Assembly (NCBI GenBank): GCA_963698425.1
Contig: CAVOQR010000006.1
Location: 129,355 to 193,354 of the forward strand
Source: an uncultured Gammaproteobacteria bacterium
GTDB taxonomy: Bacteria > Pseudomonadota > Gammaproteobacteria > Steroidobacterales > Woeseiaceae
DNA length: 64,000 bases
Direction: 5' to 3'
The notes under the pieces were generated by a model that was given only the letters and a program-made list of their open reading frames with translations, did no database searches and was not told the DNA's origin. The position numbers and the translations under genes are program-made. Positions 54,014 through 64,000 of this stretch are shown piece by piece. Every line of letters begins with the position of its first letter. Within the stretch, counting starts at the first letter, position 1.

Positions 54014-54325
54014 ACTTCTTGCTTCGCGACCTCGGCGCTACTCAGTGCCTTAGCGGCTCACCCAGAGTTTCCTTAGATAAAACAATAGCTTACGGCCAGT
54101 ATCGCGACCAGGAATCGAGCCGCTTGCGGGCTTTGCGCAAAATGGCTGCAAACCCCGCCGTTATTGGCCTCTGTCGCTGTTTGCCGACCAGGTTTTCACG
54201 CACCATTTAACAAGTGACCGTAAGCACATGATTTTGTTGGCGCAACCACCGCCACAATCTGCCCTTTTTGGGCCACCTCAGTGCCCCTAAGTCCCTGTAC
54301 AACAACACTTAATAGGAGCGTCCTG

Positions 54326-54355
54326 TTGACGCTCCCGGAGACTGGACTCTATAGT
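54326..54355 (+). promoter_or_regulatory. Sigma-70 promoter of the dcw cluster (Pmra-like)
   Basis: TTGACG (54326-54331), an 18-bp spacer, then TATAGT (54350-54355), about 88 nt upstream of the mraZ GTG. Confidence 0.6.
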
Positions 54356-54364
54356 GTCGAGAAG

Positions 54365-54389
54365 TGGAAAAAAGTGGGAGGAAATGGGC
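54365..54389 (+). promoter_or_regulatory. Putative MraZ operator: three direct TGGN repeats with a 10-bp period
   Basis: TGGAA at 54365, TGGGA at 54375 and TGGGC at 54385, directly downstream of the -10 element. Confidence 0.55.
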
Positions 54390-54442
54390 TTCCTGCCCGG
54401 ATATCGCGCCAGAAGAGCGAATCCCGGCACGTCCGAACCACC

Positions 54443-54892
54443 GTGTTTAGAGGGGCAACAAAAGTATCACTGGACGCCAAAGGGCGTATGGCAATTCCGA
54501 CTCGGTATCGGGAACGGATTGCTGCGCGCTGTAACGGCGAAATCATAGTGACTGTGGACAAAGACCATTGCCTCCTCGTGTATCCACTGCCCGACTGGGA
54601 AGAGCTCGAGCGAAAGCTTGTGCGACTGCCCAGCATGAACAAGGTCGCACGTCGAATAGTGCGCATTATGGTCGGTTACGCGACCGAGGTCGACATGGAC
54701 GGCAACGGCCGCATCCTGGTCTCGAAAGAACTGCGCGAGTTCGCGGGGCTGGAGAAGAGCGCGATGTTGATTGGGCAGGGAAACAAATTTGAATTGTGGG
54801 ATGAGCAAACCTGGAATGAAAAGAGGGATGCATGGCTTGGCGAGGATGACGACGGTGAGTTGCCGGCGGACCTCGAGTCGATCTCTTTCTAG
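54443..54892 (+). CDS. mraZ: Transcriptional regulator MraZ
   Basis: The GTG start gives (M)FRGATKVSLDAKGRMAIPTRYRE..., 149 aa, matching the canonical MraZ N-terminus. The track start at 54281 is an upstream extension. Confidence 0.9.
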   Translation: MFRGATKVSLDAKGRMAIPTRYRERIAARCNGEIIVTVDKDHCLLVYPLPDWEELERKLVRLPSMNKVARRIVRIMVGYATEVDMDGNGRILVSKELREFAGLEKSAMLIGQGNKFELWDEQTWNEKRDAWLGEDDDGELPADLESISF

Positions 54893-54907
54893 GTTGTCGT
54901 TCATCGC

Positions 54908-55837
54908 ATGAGCAGCGACGCGCATGTGCCGGTGCTGCTGGGACCGGTCCTTGAAGGACTGAATATTAACAAGAGCGGATGTTACGTCGACGGCACGTTT
55001 GGCCGTGGGGGTCATAGCAGCGAGATTCTGCAGCGCCTGGGCTGCAACGGCAGGCTCCTGGGGCTGGACCGGGATCCACAGGCAATCGCAGCAGCGCCGC
55101 AGCGGCTCAAAGACGATCCGCGTTTTGAATTGATCAGGGGCGAAATTGCAGAGTTGGGGACATTGCTTCGAGACAGAGGGCTTAGCGGTCGCATCGACGG
55201 CCTGCTTCTCGACCTCGGGGTTTCGTCACCACAGCTTGACGAAGCGGAGCGCGGCTTCAGCTTCATGCGCGACGGGCCACTCGACATGCGAATGGACCCG
55301 GATTCAGGAATCAGCGCGGCCGAATGGCTGGCGACTGTGGATGACAGGACGTTGATACACACTTTAAGGATATACGGTGAAGAGCAGTCGGCGCCAAGGA
55401 TCGCGAGAGCGATTACCGCCGCGCGCGCAGTTGCGCCGATCACTCGCACCACGCAGCTCGCCGACATCGTGGAATCTGCCAAGCCGCGTCGCGGTAGCAG
55501 GAAGCACCCGGCGACGAAGACGTTCCAGGCGATCCGTATTGCTGTTAACCAGGAACTCGAGCAGCTGCAGTCGATTCTGTCGCAGTCGATCGAGCTTCTG
55601 GCGAGCGGCGGGCGGCTTTGCGTGATCAGCTTCCATTCGCTCGAAGATCGCATGGTCAAGCGTTTCATGCGTGACGCGTCGCGAGAGGCTGAACAGTACC
55701 GCGGCATGCCCGACGTGCCCGAGGAATTCCGGCCGAAACTGAGAACCGTTGGCAAGGCGATTGTTGCGTCTGCCGATGAGATCGCCGCCAACGTGCGCGC
55801 GCGCAGCGCACGCCTGCGCATCGCGGAGAGGGTGTGA
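54908..55837 (+). CDS. rsmH: 16S rRNA (cytosine1402-N4)-methyltransferase
   Basis: 309 aa with HVPVLL and DGTFGRGGHS. Confidence 0.95.
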   Translation: MSSDAHVPVLLGPVLEGLNINKSGCYVDGTFGRGGHSSEILQRLGCNGRLLGLDRDPQAIAAAPQRLKDDPRFELIRGEIAELGTLLRDRGLSGRIDGLLLDLGVSSPQLDEAERGFSFMRDGPLDMRMDPDSGISAAEWLATVDDRTLIHTLRIYGEEQSAPRIARAITAARAVAPITRTTQLADIVESAKPRRGSRKHPATKTFQAIRIAVNQELEQLQSILSQSIELLASGGRLCVISFHSLEDRMVKRFMRDASREAEQYRGMPDVPEEFRPKLRTVGKAIVASADEIAANVRARSARLRIAERV

Positions 55838-56124
55838 TGGCCGCGACACAACAACGCCAACCCTTCCTGCTGGTGTTCGTGTTTGCCGCCGTGTGCGTGC
55901 TAAGCGCAATGGCCATCGTCTACACCAAGCATGAGGCACGAACATTGTTTGTTGAGCTCGAGGAACTGACGCACGAGCGCGACGACCTGAACATCGAATG
56001 GGGCCAGTTGCAGATCGAACAAAGCACCTGGGCTACGCACGCACGTATCGAACAGGTTGCAACCGATGACCTTTCGCTGGTGCGACCGGCAGCTGAAGAA
56101 ATCTTCGTAATTGAACGGCAATGA
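55834..56124 (+). CDS. ftsL: Cell division protein FtsL
   Basis: 96 aa with one TM helix plus a coiled coil. Position between rsmH and ftsI, with ATGA overlaps on both sides. Confidence 0.8.
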   Translation: MMAATQQRQPFLLVFVFAAVCVLSAMAIVYTKHEARTLFVELEELTHERDDLNIEWGQLQIEQSTWATHARIEQVATDDLSLVRPAAEEIFVIERQ

Positions 56125-57848
56125 CAAGAGGCGCAGAAACAAAACAACAGACTGCACAGCGCTTCGCTGGCAGGACCACGCTGGTCATGGTGTGCTTCGC
56201 CATGTTCGCGTCTGCGCTTGTGGCGCGCGCCGTCTATCTGCAGGTGCTCGATAAAGACTTCCTGAATCAGCAGGCTGATACGCGGCACTTGCGCACGGAA
56301 AAGATTTCCGCCCACCGCGGCACCATTACCGACCGTAACGGTGAGCCGCTCGCGATCAGCACGCCGGTCGACAGCATCTGGGCCAATCCGAAAGAGTTTG
56401 CTGCCGCTGTCGACAGCATTCCGCAACTGGCGCGCATTCTCGAGCTGGATCAGCAAACTGTCATGCGCCGCGTTACGCGCAGCATGGACAAGGAGTTCCT
56501 GTACCTGAAGCGGCACATTTCGCCCGCGCAGGCGAAGCAGGTGCTCGACCTGAAGCTGCCGGGTATCAACGTGCAGCGCGAGTATCGCCGCTACTACCCG
56601 GCCTCAGAGGTCGCGGGACACCTGGTCGGATTTACGGACATTGATGACAGTGGCCAGGAAGGGCTTGAGCTCGCATTCAATCACTGGCTCGCCGGTGAGT
56701 CAGGCGCGAAGCGTGTGCTCAAGGATCGCCTTGGCCGCTCGGTCGAAAACGTCGCGAGCATACGTCCGCCGCACCATGGCAAGGACCTGCGCACCAGCAT
56801 CGATCTGCGCGTCCAGTACCTTGCGTATCGCACGCTGAAAGCAGCCATCAAGACACACAACGCCAAGTCCGGCTCGATCGTTGTGCTCGACGTTAAAACC
56901 GGCGAAGTGCTGGCGATGGTGAATCAGCCGACGTACAACCCCAACGATCGTTCACAGCTGTTGCCGGCGCGCTATCGGAATCGCGCCATCACGGACATCT
57001 TTGAGCCGGGTTCAAGCATCAAACCGCTGGTCATTGCCTCGGCGCTCGAAAGCGGCGAGTACCGGCCAAGCAGCATCGTCGACACGTCACCGGGTTTCGT
57101 TGTCGTGGGTCCGAAGAGGATCGCCGACAGCAACAACCTGGGACGCATTAGCCTGACAACAATCCTTGCGCGCTCGTCCAACGTCGGCGTTACCAAGCTT
57201 GCGATGACGCTGCAGCCGGACCAGCTGTGGGGCACCATGGCGCAGTTCGGCCTGGGGTCACTGACAAGCAGTGGTTTCCCCGGCGAGTCTGCGGGTGCCC
57301 TGATCCCGTATAACCAGTGGCGACCCATCAACCAGGCGACACTCGCCTATGGCTACGGTGTGTCGGTAACGCCGCTGCAGCTGGCGCACGCCTACGCGAC
57401 GCTTGGCAGCAACGGAGTGATGCGGCCGATTTCGCTGGTCGCTCTGGATGAGCCCAACGAGGGGGAGAGTGTCATCTCCGCGGATACCGCCATCGCCGTG
57501 CGGCGCATGATGGAAGAAGTGGTTCGCCCTGGCGGCACTGGCACCAAAGCGTCTATTGCCGGATACCGCGTTGCGGGCAAGACCGGGACGGCCTGGAAAT
57601 TCTCCACGGGCGGTTACTCGGAAGACGAATACATTTCCATCTTCGCGGGCCTGGCGCCGGCGAGCGACCCGCGCCTGGCGACAGTTGTGGTCATTGACGA
57701 GCCGCGCGGCGAGCTTTACTACGGCAGTGATGTTGCCGCGCCGGTTTTCGCCGATGTGATGTCGGAATCCCTGCGTTTGCTGGCGGTCGCTCCCGACGCG
57801 CTGCCCGCCAGGGATCCCGGTTCGGTGATGCAGGCAATGAGTCGATGA
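56121..57848 (+). CDS. ftsI: Peptidoglycan D,D-transpeptidase FtsI (PBP3)
   Basis: 575 aa with the SxxK motif (GSSIKP), SxN (SSN) and KTGT. Confidence 0.9.
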   Translation: MTRGAETKQQTAQRFAGRTTLVMVCFAMFASALVARAVYLQVLDKDFLNQQADTRHLRTEKISAHRGTITDRNGEPLAISTPVDSIWANPKEFAAAVDSIPQLARILELDQQTVMRRVTRSMDKEFLYLKRHISPAQAKQVLDLKLPGINVQREYRRYYPASEVAGHLVGFTDIDDSGQEGLELAFNHWLAGESGAKRVLKDRLGRSVENVASIRPPHHGKDLRTSIDLRVQYLAYRTLKAAIKTHNAKSGSIVVLDVKTGEVLAMVNQPTYNPNDRSQLLPARYRNRAITDIFEPGSSIKPLVIASALESGEYRPSSIVDTSPGFVVVGPKRIADSNNLGRISLTTILARSSNVGVTKLAMTLQPDQLWGTMAQFGLGSLTSSGFPGESAGALIPYNQWRPINQATLAYGYGVSVTPLQLAHAYATLGSNGVMRPISLVALDEPNEGESVISADTAIAVRRMMEEVVRPGGTGTKASIAGYRVAGKTGTAWKFSTGGYSEDEYISIFAGLAPASDPRLATVVVIDEPRGELYYGSDVAAPVFADVMSESLRLLAVAPDALPARDPGSVMQAMSR

Positions 57849-59329
57849 GCATGCCAGCCGAAACTTATCAGACATCGACCACCCTCAACGAATTGCTGCA
57901 GGGTTTTGTCGACGCGCCCGCAATCGAGATCAAGGGCATTGCAAGTGACAGCCGGCAGTTGTCGCAGGGCTACCTGTTCCTGGCAGTCAAGGGTGCGTCG
58001 CAGCACGGACTCGAGTTTGTCGATGCAGCCGTCAGGGCAGGCGTAGCCGCCATTGTCTACGACGAGTCGACAGCCGATGCCGTGCCCACCGAAGTTGGAA
58101 TTCCGCTGCTTGGTGTGCCGCAGTTGGCGCAACATCTCGGCGCGATCGCGGATCGTTACTATGCTCATCCGTCAACACAACTTGCTGTGTACGCGGTAAC
58201 CGGCACCAATGGCAAGACCACGGTCGCCAGCATGATTGCACAGTGTCTGCAGCGACTCGACCGCCGTTGCGCCTACCTCGGTACCCTGAATAACGAACTG
58301 ACAACGCCGCCGCCGGTTGAGTTGCACGGCATACTCGCCGAGTTTCGTGACGATGGCGCAACTGACGCGGCCATCGAAGTGTCGTCGCATGCGCTCGCGC
58401 AGAATCGTACAGATAGTGTGCGCATTGACACCGCACTGTTCACCAACCTGTCCCGCGATCACCTCGATTATCACGCCGATATGCGCGACTACGGCGAAGC
58501 GAAAGCGCGACTGTTTCTTGAGTGCAATCCGTCGCACAGCATTATCAACATTGACGATGAATTTGCTGCGCAGCTCGCAACGCGTTGCGTGTCAGAGGTA
58601 ACGGTTGTGTCTGCCGATGTGAGTCGCGCTGCTGACGTTCGTCCTTACGTTTTCGCAAAACGAGTTACGGCGCACAACAACGGTTTTGACGTCGACGTGC
58701 AAAGCAGCTTCGGTGCCGGTCAGTTCAGCCTCGCAATGCCCGGCGACTTCAACGTTGCCAACGCGCTGTTGACGCTCGCGCTGCTACTTCACAAGGGTAT
58801 CGCTATTGACGCTGCCTGCAGTGCCTTGTCGGTGGTAACGGCACCGTTGGGACGCATGCAGGCGATTGACGGCCCACGTCAGGCCCCTGCGGTCTACGTC
58901 GACTTCGCGCACACGCCGGACGCCCTGCAAGCCGCCTTGCAGGCACTGCGAGCACACTGCAATGGCCGCATCTGGGTGGTGTTTGGTTGTGGTGGCGACA
59001 GGGACAAAGGTAAGCGCGCCCTGATGGGTCGCGTGGCACAGCGCCTCGCAGACCAGGTGGTCGTGAGCAGCGACAACCCGCGCAATGAGCCGGCCTCCAG
59101 CATCATTGACGATATTGTCGCGGGGCTTGCGAGCCCAGCGGCGGCGACAGTTATCGAGGATCGTGCAACAGCAATTGCGTGGGCTATTAGCAGCGCAGCT
59201 GCTGCCGACATCGTACTGATCGCCGGCAAGGGTCACGAGCAATACCAGCAAATCGGTGCAGAGCGGATACCGTTCTCGGACCAAAGCGTCGCGGCGGCAT
59301 GCCTTGCGGCACGCGGGGAGGGCGAATGA
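57845..59329 (+). CDS. murE: UDP-N-acetylmuramoyl-L-alanyl-D-glutamate--2,6-diaminopimelate ligase
   Basis: 494 aa with GTNGKTT and a DNPR motif (SSDNPRNE). Confidence 0.95.
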   Translation: MSMPAETYQTSTTLNELLQGFVDAPAIEIKGIASDSRQLSQGYLFLAVKGASQHGLEFVDAAVRAGVAAIVYDESTADAVPTEVGIPLLGVPQLAQHLGAIADRYYAHPSTQLAVYAVTGTNGKTTVASMIAQCLQRLDRRCAYLGTLNNELTTPPPVELHGILAEFRDDGATDAAIEVSSHALAQNRTDSVRIDTALFTNLSRDHLDYHADMRDYGEAKARLFLECNPSHSIINIDDEFAAQLATRCVSEVTVVSADVSRAADVRPYVFAKRVTAHNNGFDVDVQSSFGAGQFSLAMPGDFNVANALLTLALLLHKGIAIDAACSALSVVTAPLGRMQAIDGPRQAPAVYVDFAHTPDALQAALQALRAHCNGRIWVVFGCGGDRDKGKRALMGRVAQRLADQVVVSSDNPRNEPASSIIDDIVAGLASPAAATVIEDRATAIAWAISSAAAADIVLIAGKGHEQYQQIGAERIPFSDQSVAAACLAARGEGE

Positions 59330-60687
59330 ACACGACGCTTTCTGCCGCGGCCGAGATGATGCAGGGCAGCTTGCACGGCGACGATCGTGACTTCGACGGT
59401 GTCAGCATCGACACGCGCAGCCTCGAAAGTGGCCAGCTGTTTGTCGCGATCAGCGGTCCGAACTTTGACGGCCACGAATTTGTTGCGCAGGCGGCGGGTC
59501 GCGGTGCCGCCGCCGCCGTTGTCAGCAAGATGACAGATAGTGCGATTGCACAAATAGAGGTTGACGATACGCGCATCGCGCTCGGGCAACTCGGCTCCGC
59601 GTGGCGTGACCAGCAACAGGTGCGGGTCGTCGGCATCACCGGCAGCAATGGCAAGACCACACTGAAGGAACTGACGGCGGCTTGCCTGTCACAGTCGGCC
59701 GCGACGCTCGCGACGCATGGCAATCTGAACAATGACTACGGCGTACCGCTGATGTTGAGTCGCATTGGCAGTGAGCATCGTTACGCGGTCATCGAAATGG
59801 GCGCTAACCACGCCGGCGAGATCGCCTACCTGACGTCACTGGCCAGGCCGGACGTCGTTGCGATCACCAATGCAGGTGCTGCCCATCTTGAGGGCTTTGG
59901 TTCGATCAAAGGTGTGTCGCGCGCCAAGGGCGAAATCCTGCAAGGCGAAAAGCGCCCGGCAGTAGCCGTCCTGAATGCTGACGACGACTACTTCGATTAC
60001 TGGCAGTCATGTGCAAGCGATATCCAGGTCATCAGCTTTGGCATAGATGGCAAGGCTGATGTCAGTGCAACTGACATTGAGTTGCGCGGCGATGCCAGCA
60101 GCTTTGAACTGCGCCTGCCGTCGGCAAGCACTGCCATTGCGCTGCCGCTTGCCGGGCTTCACAACGTACGCAATGCCTGCGCCGCCGCGGCGATCGCGCA
60201 CGCGCTCGGCATTGACGCCGCGCAGATCAAGCGCGGGCTCGAGTCTGTCGTTCCGGTGTCCGGGCGGCTGCAGGCACTGCCGGGAGTCAACGGTGCCACG
60301 TTGTATGACGACAGCTACAACGCGAACCCGCTCTCTGTGGTTGCCGCAGGTGAATTCATTGCCAGCTTGCCGGGCCGCACCTGGCTGCTGCTCGGCGACA
60401 TGGCTGAACTGGGGGACGATGCAACGGAAATGCATCACGGGGTTGGAGCCGCACTGCGGCGGGCCGGTGTCAACCGGCTCGCTGCGACCGGTGCTCTGTC
60501 CACAGCAACTGTTGCCGCATTCGGCGACGGTGCCGACTGGTACCCGGATGTGAATGCAATGCTGGATGCGGTCCTGCCAGAGATAGACGGCGATGACGTC
60601 GTACTCGTTAAGGGTTCACGCTCGATGCGCATGGAGCGCGTTGTCGACGGTCTGCGTGCACCACAGACAATGTGCAGGGAGGCCTGA
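59326..60687 (+). CDS. murF: UDP-N-acetylmuramoyl-tripeptide--D-alanyl-D-alanine ligase
   Basis: Start at [10 protein letters not shown] (ATGA overlap with murE), 453 aa, with GSNGKTT. Confidence 0.9.
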   Translation: MNTTLSAAAEMMQGSLHGDDRDFDGVSIDTRSLESGQLFVAISGPNFDGHEFVAQAAGRGAAAAVVSKMTDSAIAQIEVDDTRIALGQLGSAWRDQQQVRVVGITGSNGKTTLKELTAACLSQSAATLATHGNLNNDYGVPLMLSRIGSEHRYAVIEMGANHAGEIAYLTSLARPDVVAITNAGAAHLEGFGSIKGVSRAKGEILQGEKRPAVAVLNADDDYFDYWQSCASDIQVISFGIDGKADVSATDIELRGDASSFELRLPSASTAIALPLAGLHNVRNACAAAAIAHALGIDAAQIKRGLESVVPVSGRLQALPGVNGATLYDDSYNANPLSVVAAGEFIASLPGRTWLLLGDMAELGDDATEMHHGVGAALRRAGVNRLAATGALSTATVAAFGDGADWYPDVNAMLDAVLPEIDGDDVVLVKGSRSMRMERVVDGLRAPQTMCREA

Positions 60688-60689
60688 TC

Positions 60690-61772
60690 GTGCTGCTGTA
60701 TCTCACTAACTACCTGGCACAGTTTGAAAGCGGCTTTAACGTTTTCAACTACCTGACGCTGCGCGCAATTCTCGGCGCGCTGACCGCGCTTGTGATGTCC
60801 TTCATTGTTGGCCCGCGGATGATCGCGAAGCTCAGCATCAAGCAATTGGGGCAGCCGGTTCGCGACGACGGCCCTGCAACACATCTGCTTAAAGCGGGCA
60901 CCCCGACGATGGGCGGCGCGCTGATCCTCACGGCGATCGCGATCAGCACCCTGTTGTGGGCCGACCTCGAAAATCATTTTGTGTGGATCGTGTTGTTTGT
61001 CACGTTCTCATTTGGCGTCATCGGCTTTGTCGATGACTACAAGAAACTGGTCTTGCAGAACCCGAAAGGCATTTCTGCAAAACAGAAGTTCTTCTGGCAG
61101 TCGGTCGCGGCAATTGTCGCGGCCACCGCTTTGTACGTCACGGCGACTGATGAAGTTTCCACTTCTCTGCTCATTCCTTACTTCAAGGATCTTGCCATTC
61201 CCCTGGGCATTTTCCAGGTCGTCGTGACGTACTTCTTTATTGTTGGCTTCAGTAACGCCGTCAACCTGACGGACGGACTCGACGGCCTCGCGATCATGCC
61301 GACGGTGATGGTTGGCAGCGCGCTCGGAATATTCGCCTACCTCACTGGCAACGTGAACTTCGCGGAGTACCTCGATATTCCGTACGTCGCCGGCACCGGA
61401 GAAGTGCTGGTGTTCTGCGCAGCCATGGCGGGTGCGGGGCTGGGCTTTCTCTGGTTCAACACCTACCCGGCGGAAGTGTTCATGGGCGACATCGGTGCAC
61501 TGGCACTCGGTGCGGCGCTCGGCGTTGTTGCGGTTGTGGTGCGCCAGGAAATCGTCCTCGCAATCATGGGCGGCGTATTCGTCGTAGAGACGCTGTCCGT
61601 CGTCATCCAGGTGGCCTCGTTCAAGCTCACTGGCAAGCGCGTGTTCCGCATGGCGCCGCTGCACCATCACTTCGAACTGAAAGGCTGGGCCGAGCCTACC
61701 GTGATTGTTCGCTTCTGGATTATTACGGTCATCCTCGTGCTGATCGGGCTCGCGAGTCTGAAAATACGATGA
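60690..61772 (+). CDS. mraY: Phospho-N-acetylmuramoyl-pentapeptide transferase
   Basis: GTG start 7 nt after GGGAGG, giving (M)[26 protein letters not shown], 360 aa, with [13 protein letters not shown]. Confidence 0.95.
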   Translation: MLLYLTNYLAQFESGFNVFNYLTLRAILGALTALVMSFIVGPRMIAKLSIKQLGQPVRDDGPATHLLKAGTPTMGGALILTAIAISTLLWADLENHFVWIVLFVTFSFGVIGFVDDYKKLVLQNPKGISAKQKFFWQSVAAIVAATALYVTATDEVSTSLLIPYFKDLAIPLGIFQVVVTYFFIVGFSNAVNLTDGLDGLAIMPTVMVGSALGIFAYLTGNVNFAEYLDIPYVAGTGEVLVFCAAMAGAGLGFLWFNTYPAEVFMGDIGALALGAALGVVAVVVRQEIVLAIMGGVFVVETLSVVIQVASFKLTGKRVFRMAPLHHHFELKGWAEPTVIVRFWIITVILVLIGLASLKIR

Positions 61773-63112
61773 GCAGAGTCAGCAAAACAACTGCGGCTGA
61801 GAAGGACTTCGTGTTCGGGTTGGGCGCGACAGGCCTCTCGGTAGCACGCTACCTGAAGCGCATCGATCGTGATGCGACCTTCTTTGATACGCGTGAACAG
61901 CCGCCGGGCCAGGACAAGCTCGCAGACCTGTGGCCGGACGCAGAACTCCGCCGTGAAGACGACAAGTTGCCCAGGGGCATTACGCGTGTCGTCGTATCGC
62001 CCGGCATATCGGATAAGCATCCGTTGCTCGCGGACGCGCGCAAGTCAAAGCTCGAGATTGTGTCTGACATCGAGTTGTTTGCCCGCGAAGCGACTGCGCC
62101 GTTCGTTGCTGTTACCGGCTCGAACGGCAAGAGCACAGTGACAACGCTGCTGTATCACATGTCTCGCGCATCAGGCCGCAAGGTGCTGGCAGGCGGCAAT
62201 CTTGGCGAGCCGGCACTGGATCTGCTGGAAAAGGACACGCCGGATCTGTACGTGCTTGAGCTGTCGAGTTTTCAGCTGCAGCGAACCGCCGCCCTGCCGG
62301 CAGAGGTTGCAGTGCTGCTGAATGTCACTCCCGATCATCTTGACTGGCATGCCAGCGAAGAAGAATACCGCGACGCGAAGTACCGTGTGTTCAATGAGGC
62401 CCGGGCTGCTGTCTACAACCGCGCCGACGAACGCGCCTGCAAGATCGCAGAAGATTTCGAGAAATCGGTCAGCTTTGGGCTGGATCTGCCAGGTGAAGGT
62501 GAGTACGGCATTCGTGTCGAAGACGATGTCGAATATCTTGCACGCGGCGATGCATTGCTGATCGCAAGTCACGAGCTGGCGATGTTTGGCGTGCACAACC
62601 AGGCGAACGCACTGGCAGCGTTGGCAGCCGGCGAGCTGCTGGGTCTGGAGATGCCTGCCATGCTGCAGGTGCTCGCAGAATTCCCGGGCTTGCCGCATCG
62701 CATGCAACACGTGGCCCGCATCTCTGCCGTCGACTACATCAATGATTCCAAGGCAACCAATGTTGCTGCTGCGATTGCATCAATCAACTCGGTCGACGGC
62801 ATGCTGGTGTTGATTGCCGGTGGTGATGGAAAAGGAGGCGAGTTCAGCGAGCTGTCGGAGCCTCTTGAGAAAAAACTGCGCGCCGCCGTGCTGATCGGCA
62901 AAGACGCGGTCAAGATCGCTGATTCGCTCGACACCATGATGCCGGTCTGCTTTGCCGACGACATGCAGGAAGCGGTGCGCATTGCCGCGCGCCAGGCCGA
63001 GTCCGAAGACACGGTGTTGCTGGCGCCGGCTTGCGCAAGTCTCGACCAGTACGACAACTACATGGCGCGCGGTGACGCGTTCTGTGAAGCGGTGGAGGCG
63101 CTGAAGCGATGA
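61769..63112 (+). CDS. murD: UDP-N-acetylmuramoylalanine--D-glutamate ligase
   Basis: 447 aa with GSNGKST and a Mur-ligase C-terminal domain. Confidence 0.95.
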   Translation: MSRVSKTTAAEKDFVFGLGATGLSVARYLKRIDRDATFFDTREQPPGQDKLADLWPDAELRREDDKLPRGITRVVVSPGISDKHPLLADARKSKLEIVSDIELFAREATAPFVAVTGSNGKSTVTTLLYHMSRASGRKVLAGGNLGEPALDLLEKDTPDLYVLELSSFQLQRTAALPAEVAVLLNVTPDHLDWHASEEEYRDAKYRVFNEARAAVYNRADERACKIAEDFEKSVSFGLDLPGEGEYGIRVEDDVEYLARGDALLIASHELAMFGVHNQANALAALAAGELLGLEMPAMLQVLAEFPGLPHRMQHVARISAVDYINDSKATNVAAAIASINSVDGMLVLIAGGDGKGGEFSELSEPLEKKLRAAVLIGKDAVKIADSLDTMMPVCFADDMQEAVRIAARQAESEDTVLLAPACASLDQYDNYMARGDAFCEAVEALKR

Positions 63113-64000
63113 CAGCCCATAGCGCCATGATGCCGTTCCCCGCACGCCTTCGCACCGAGCTGAAGCTCGACCCGGTGTTGCTGACGATCGTGCTGACCTT
63201 GCTGCTTGGCGGCTTCGTCATCCTCGCATCGGCATCAACTTCGATCTCCGACAACATCGTCGGTAATCCCTTTCATTACCTGCAGCGGCAACTGCTCGCT
63301 GCAGTAATTGGTTGTGCCTGCGGCATCGTCTGCCTGTTCGTGCCGATGCAGGTCTGGCGCACGCTCGGACCACTGCTGCTGCTCGGCGGACTCGGCCTGT
63401 TGCTGGTCGTGTTAGTCCCGGGTGTAGGTTACGAAGTCAACGGCGCGCGGCGCTGGATCCGGGTCGGCATCATGAACCTGCAGGTCTCGGAGCCTGCACG
63501 TCTGTGCCTGATCCTGTATCTCGCAGGCTACCTTGTGCGTCGGCAGAAGGATGTTCGCGAGCGCTTCGTTGGCTTCCTGCGACCGATGCTGCTGTTGTCG
63601 CTGGCCTGTGCCGCGCTGCTGGCGGAACCGGATTTTGGTGCGTCTGTCGTGTTGCTCGCGACGGCGCTGGCCATGCTGTTCGTCGCAGGTGCGCGTATTC
63701 GCGACTTCCTGCTGTTCTTCTCTGCCGCGGTCGTTGCCATGGCCGCGCTGGCCATCGCGTCGCCTTATCGCATGAAGCGCCTGACGGTGTTCCTTGATCC
63801 GTGGGCCGATCCGTATAACTCCGGCTTCCAGCTGACGCAGTCACTGATCGCCATTGGCCGCGGCGAGTGGTTCGGCGTCGGTCTCGGTGACAGCGTGCAG
63901 AAGCTCTTCTACCTGCCGGAGGCGCATACCGATTTCGTCTTCGCGGTGTACGCCGAAGAGTTTGGTCTGCTTGGCTCGCTGCTGCTCATCGCGCTGTTCC
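63109..64000 (+). CDS. ftsW: Peptidoglycan glycosyltransferase / cell division protein FtsW (3' end beyond the window)
   Basis: Not in the ORF track because it has no stop in the window. My translation from ATG 63109 (ATGA overlap with murD) is open to base 64000. It gives [10 protein letters not shown]...RWIRVGIMNLQVSEPARL...FQLTQSLIAIGRGEWFGVGLGDSVQKLFYLPEAHTDFVFAV, the SEDS-family signature. Confidence 0.9.
   Translation, partial: MTAHSAMMPFPARLRTELKLDPVLLTIVLTLLLGGFVILASASTSISDNIVGNPFHYLQRQLLAAVIGCACGIVCLFVPMQVWRTLGPLLLLGGLGLLLVVLVPGVGYEVNGARRWIRVGIMNLQVSEPARLCLILYLAGYLVRRQKDVRERFVGFLRPMLLLSLACAALLAEPDFGASVVLLATALAMLFVAGARIRDFLLFFSAAVVAMAALAIASPYRMKRLTVFLDPWADPYNSGFQLTQSLIAIGRGEWFGVGLGDSVQKLFYLPEAHTDFVFAVYAEEFGLLGSLLLIALF

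Noticed and set aside
53590-54015. 141-aa and 71-aa minus-strand ORFs, and the 82-aa plus-strand ORF at 53962-54210
   Set aside because: They overlap the RNase P RNA gene, whose conserved motifs explain this sequence completely.
54014-54325. About 310 bp of unassigned sequence between rnpB and the dcw promoter, examined for a small ORF, sRNA or gene remnant
   Set aside because: No ORF with coding-like composition, no repeat and no clear terminator. There is only an imperfect hairpin near 54118-54134. Nothing supportable.

Overview
This is a 64-kb chromosomal segment, roughly 60% GC by eye, from a Gammaproteobacterium. Its core gene order resembles E. coli and Pseudomonas. It is gene-dense (about 60 genes) and almost entirely housekeeping. 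In order it contains: a small amine-oxidoreductase/cupin/amidohydrolase cluster; a PPi-dependent phosphofructokinase plus a membrane pyrophosphatase; adk, rnd and mpl; a His-rich DUF2946-like protein plus a TonB-dependent receptor; a tight metK-ahcY-cpdA-gumN-hemL array; tkt-gap-pgk, a two-gene insert, then pyk; an S45 acylase followed by a MoxR ATPase and a VWA protein; the yrbG-kdsD-kdsC-lptC-lptA-lptB-rpoN-hpf-ptsN-rapZ operon; degS; cytochrome bc1 (petABC); sspAB; diaA-yraN-lpoA divergent from rsmI; RNase P RNA; and the dcw cluster mraZ-rsmH-ftsL-ftsI-murE-murF-mraY-murD-ftsW, which runs off the 3' edge. I found no CRISPR array, IS/transposase, integrase, prophage, tRNA/rRNA gene or recognisable defence system, and no convincing undescribed multi-gene system. 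Four things deserve a second look. (i) Eight single-base frameshifts in seven genes are all of the same +1 sign and all in dispensable genes, and cpdA additionally lacks a canonical start codon. (ii) Two perfect 19-bp palindromes fill the 84-bp gap between a marR-type gene and rnpB and overlap the likely rnpB promoter. (iii) The pfp/pyrophosphatase PPi module has a disrupted pfp. (iv) pyk, a membrane-anchored S45 acylase, a MoxR AAA+ ATPase and a VWA protein form a tightly spaced array. All functional calls come from motif recognition and memory of protein families; no database search was possible.
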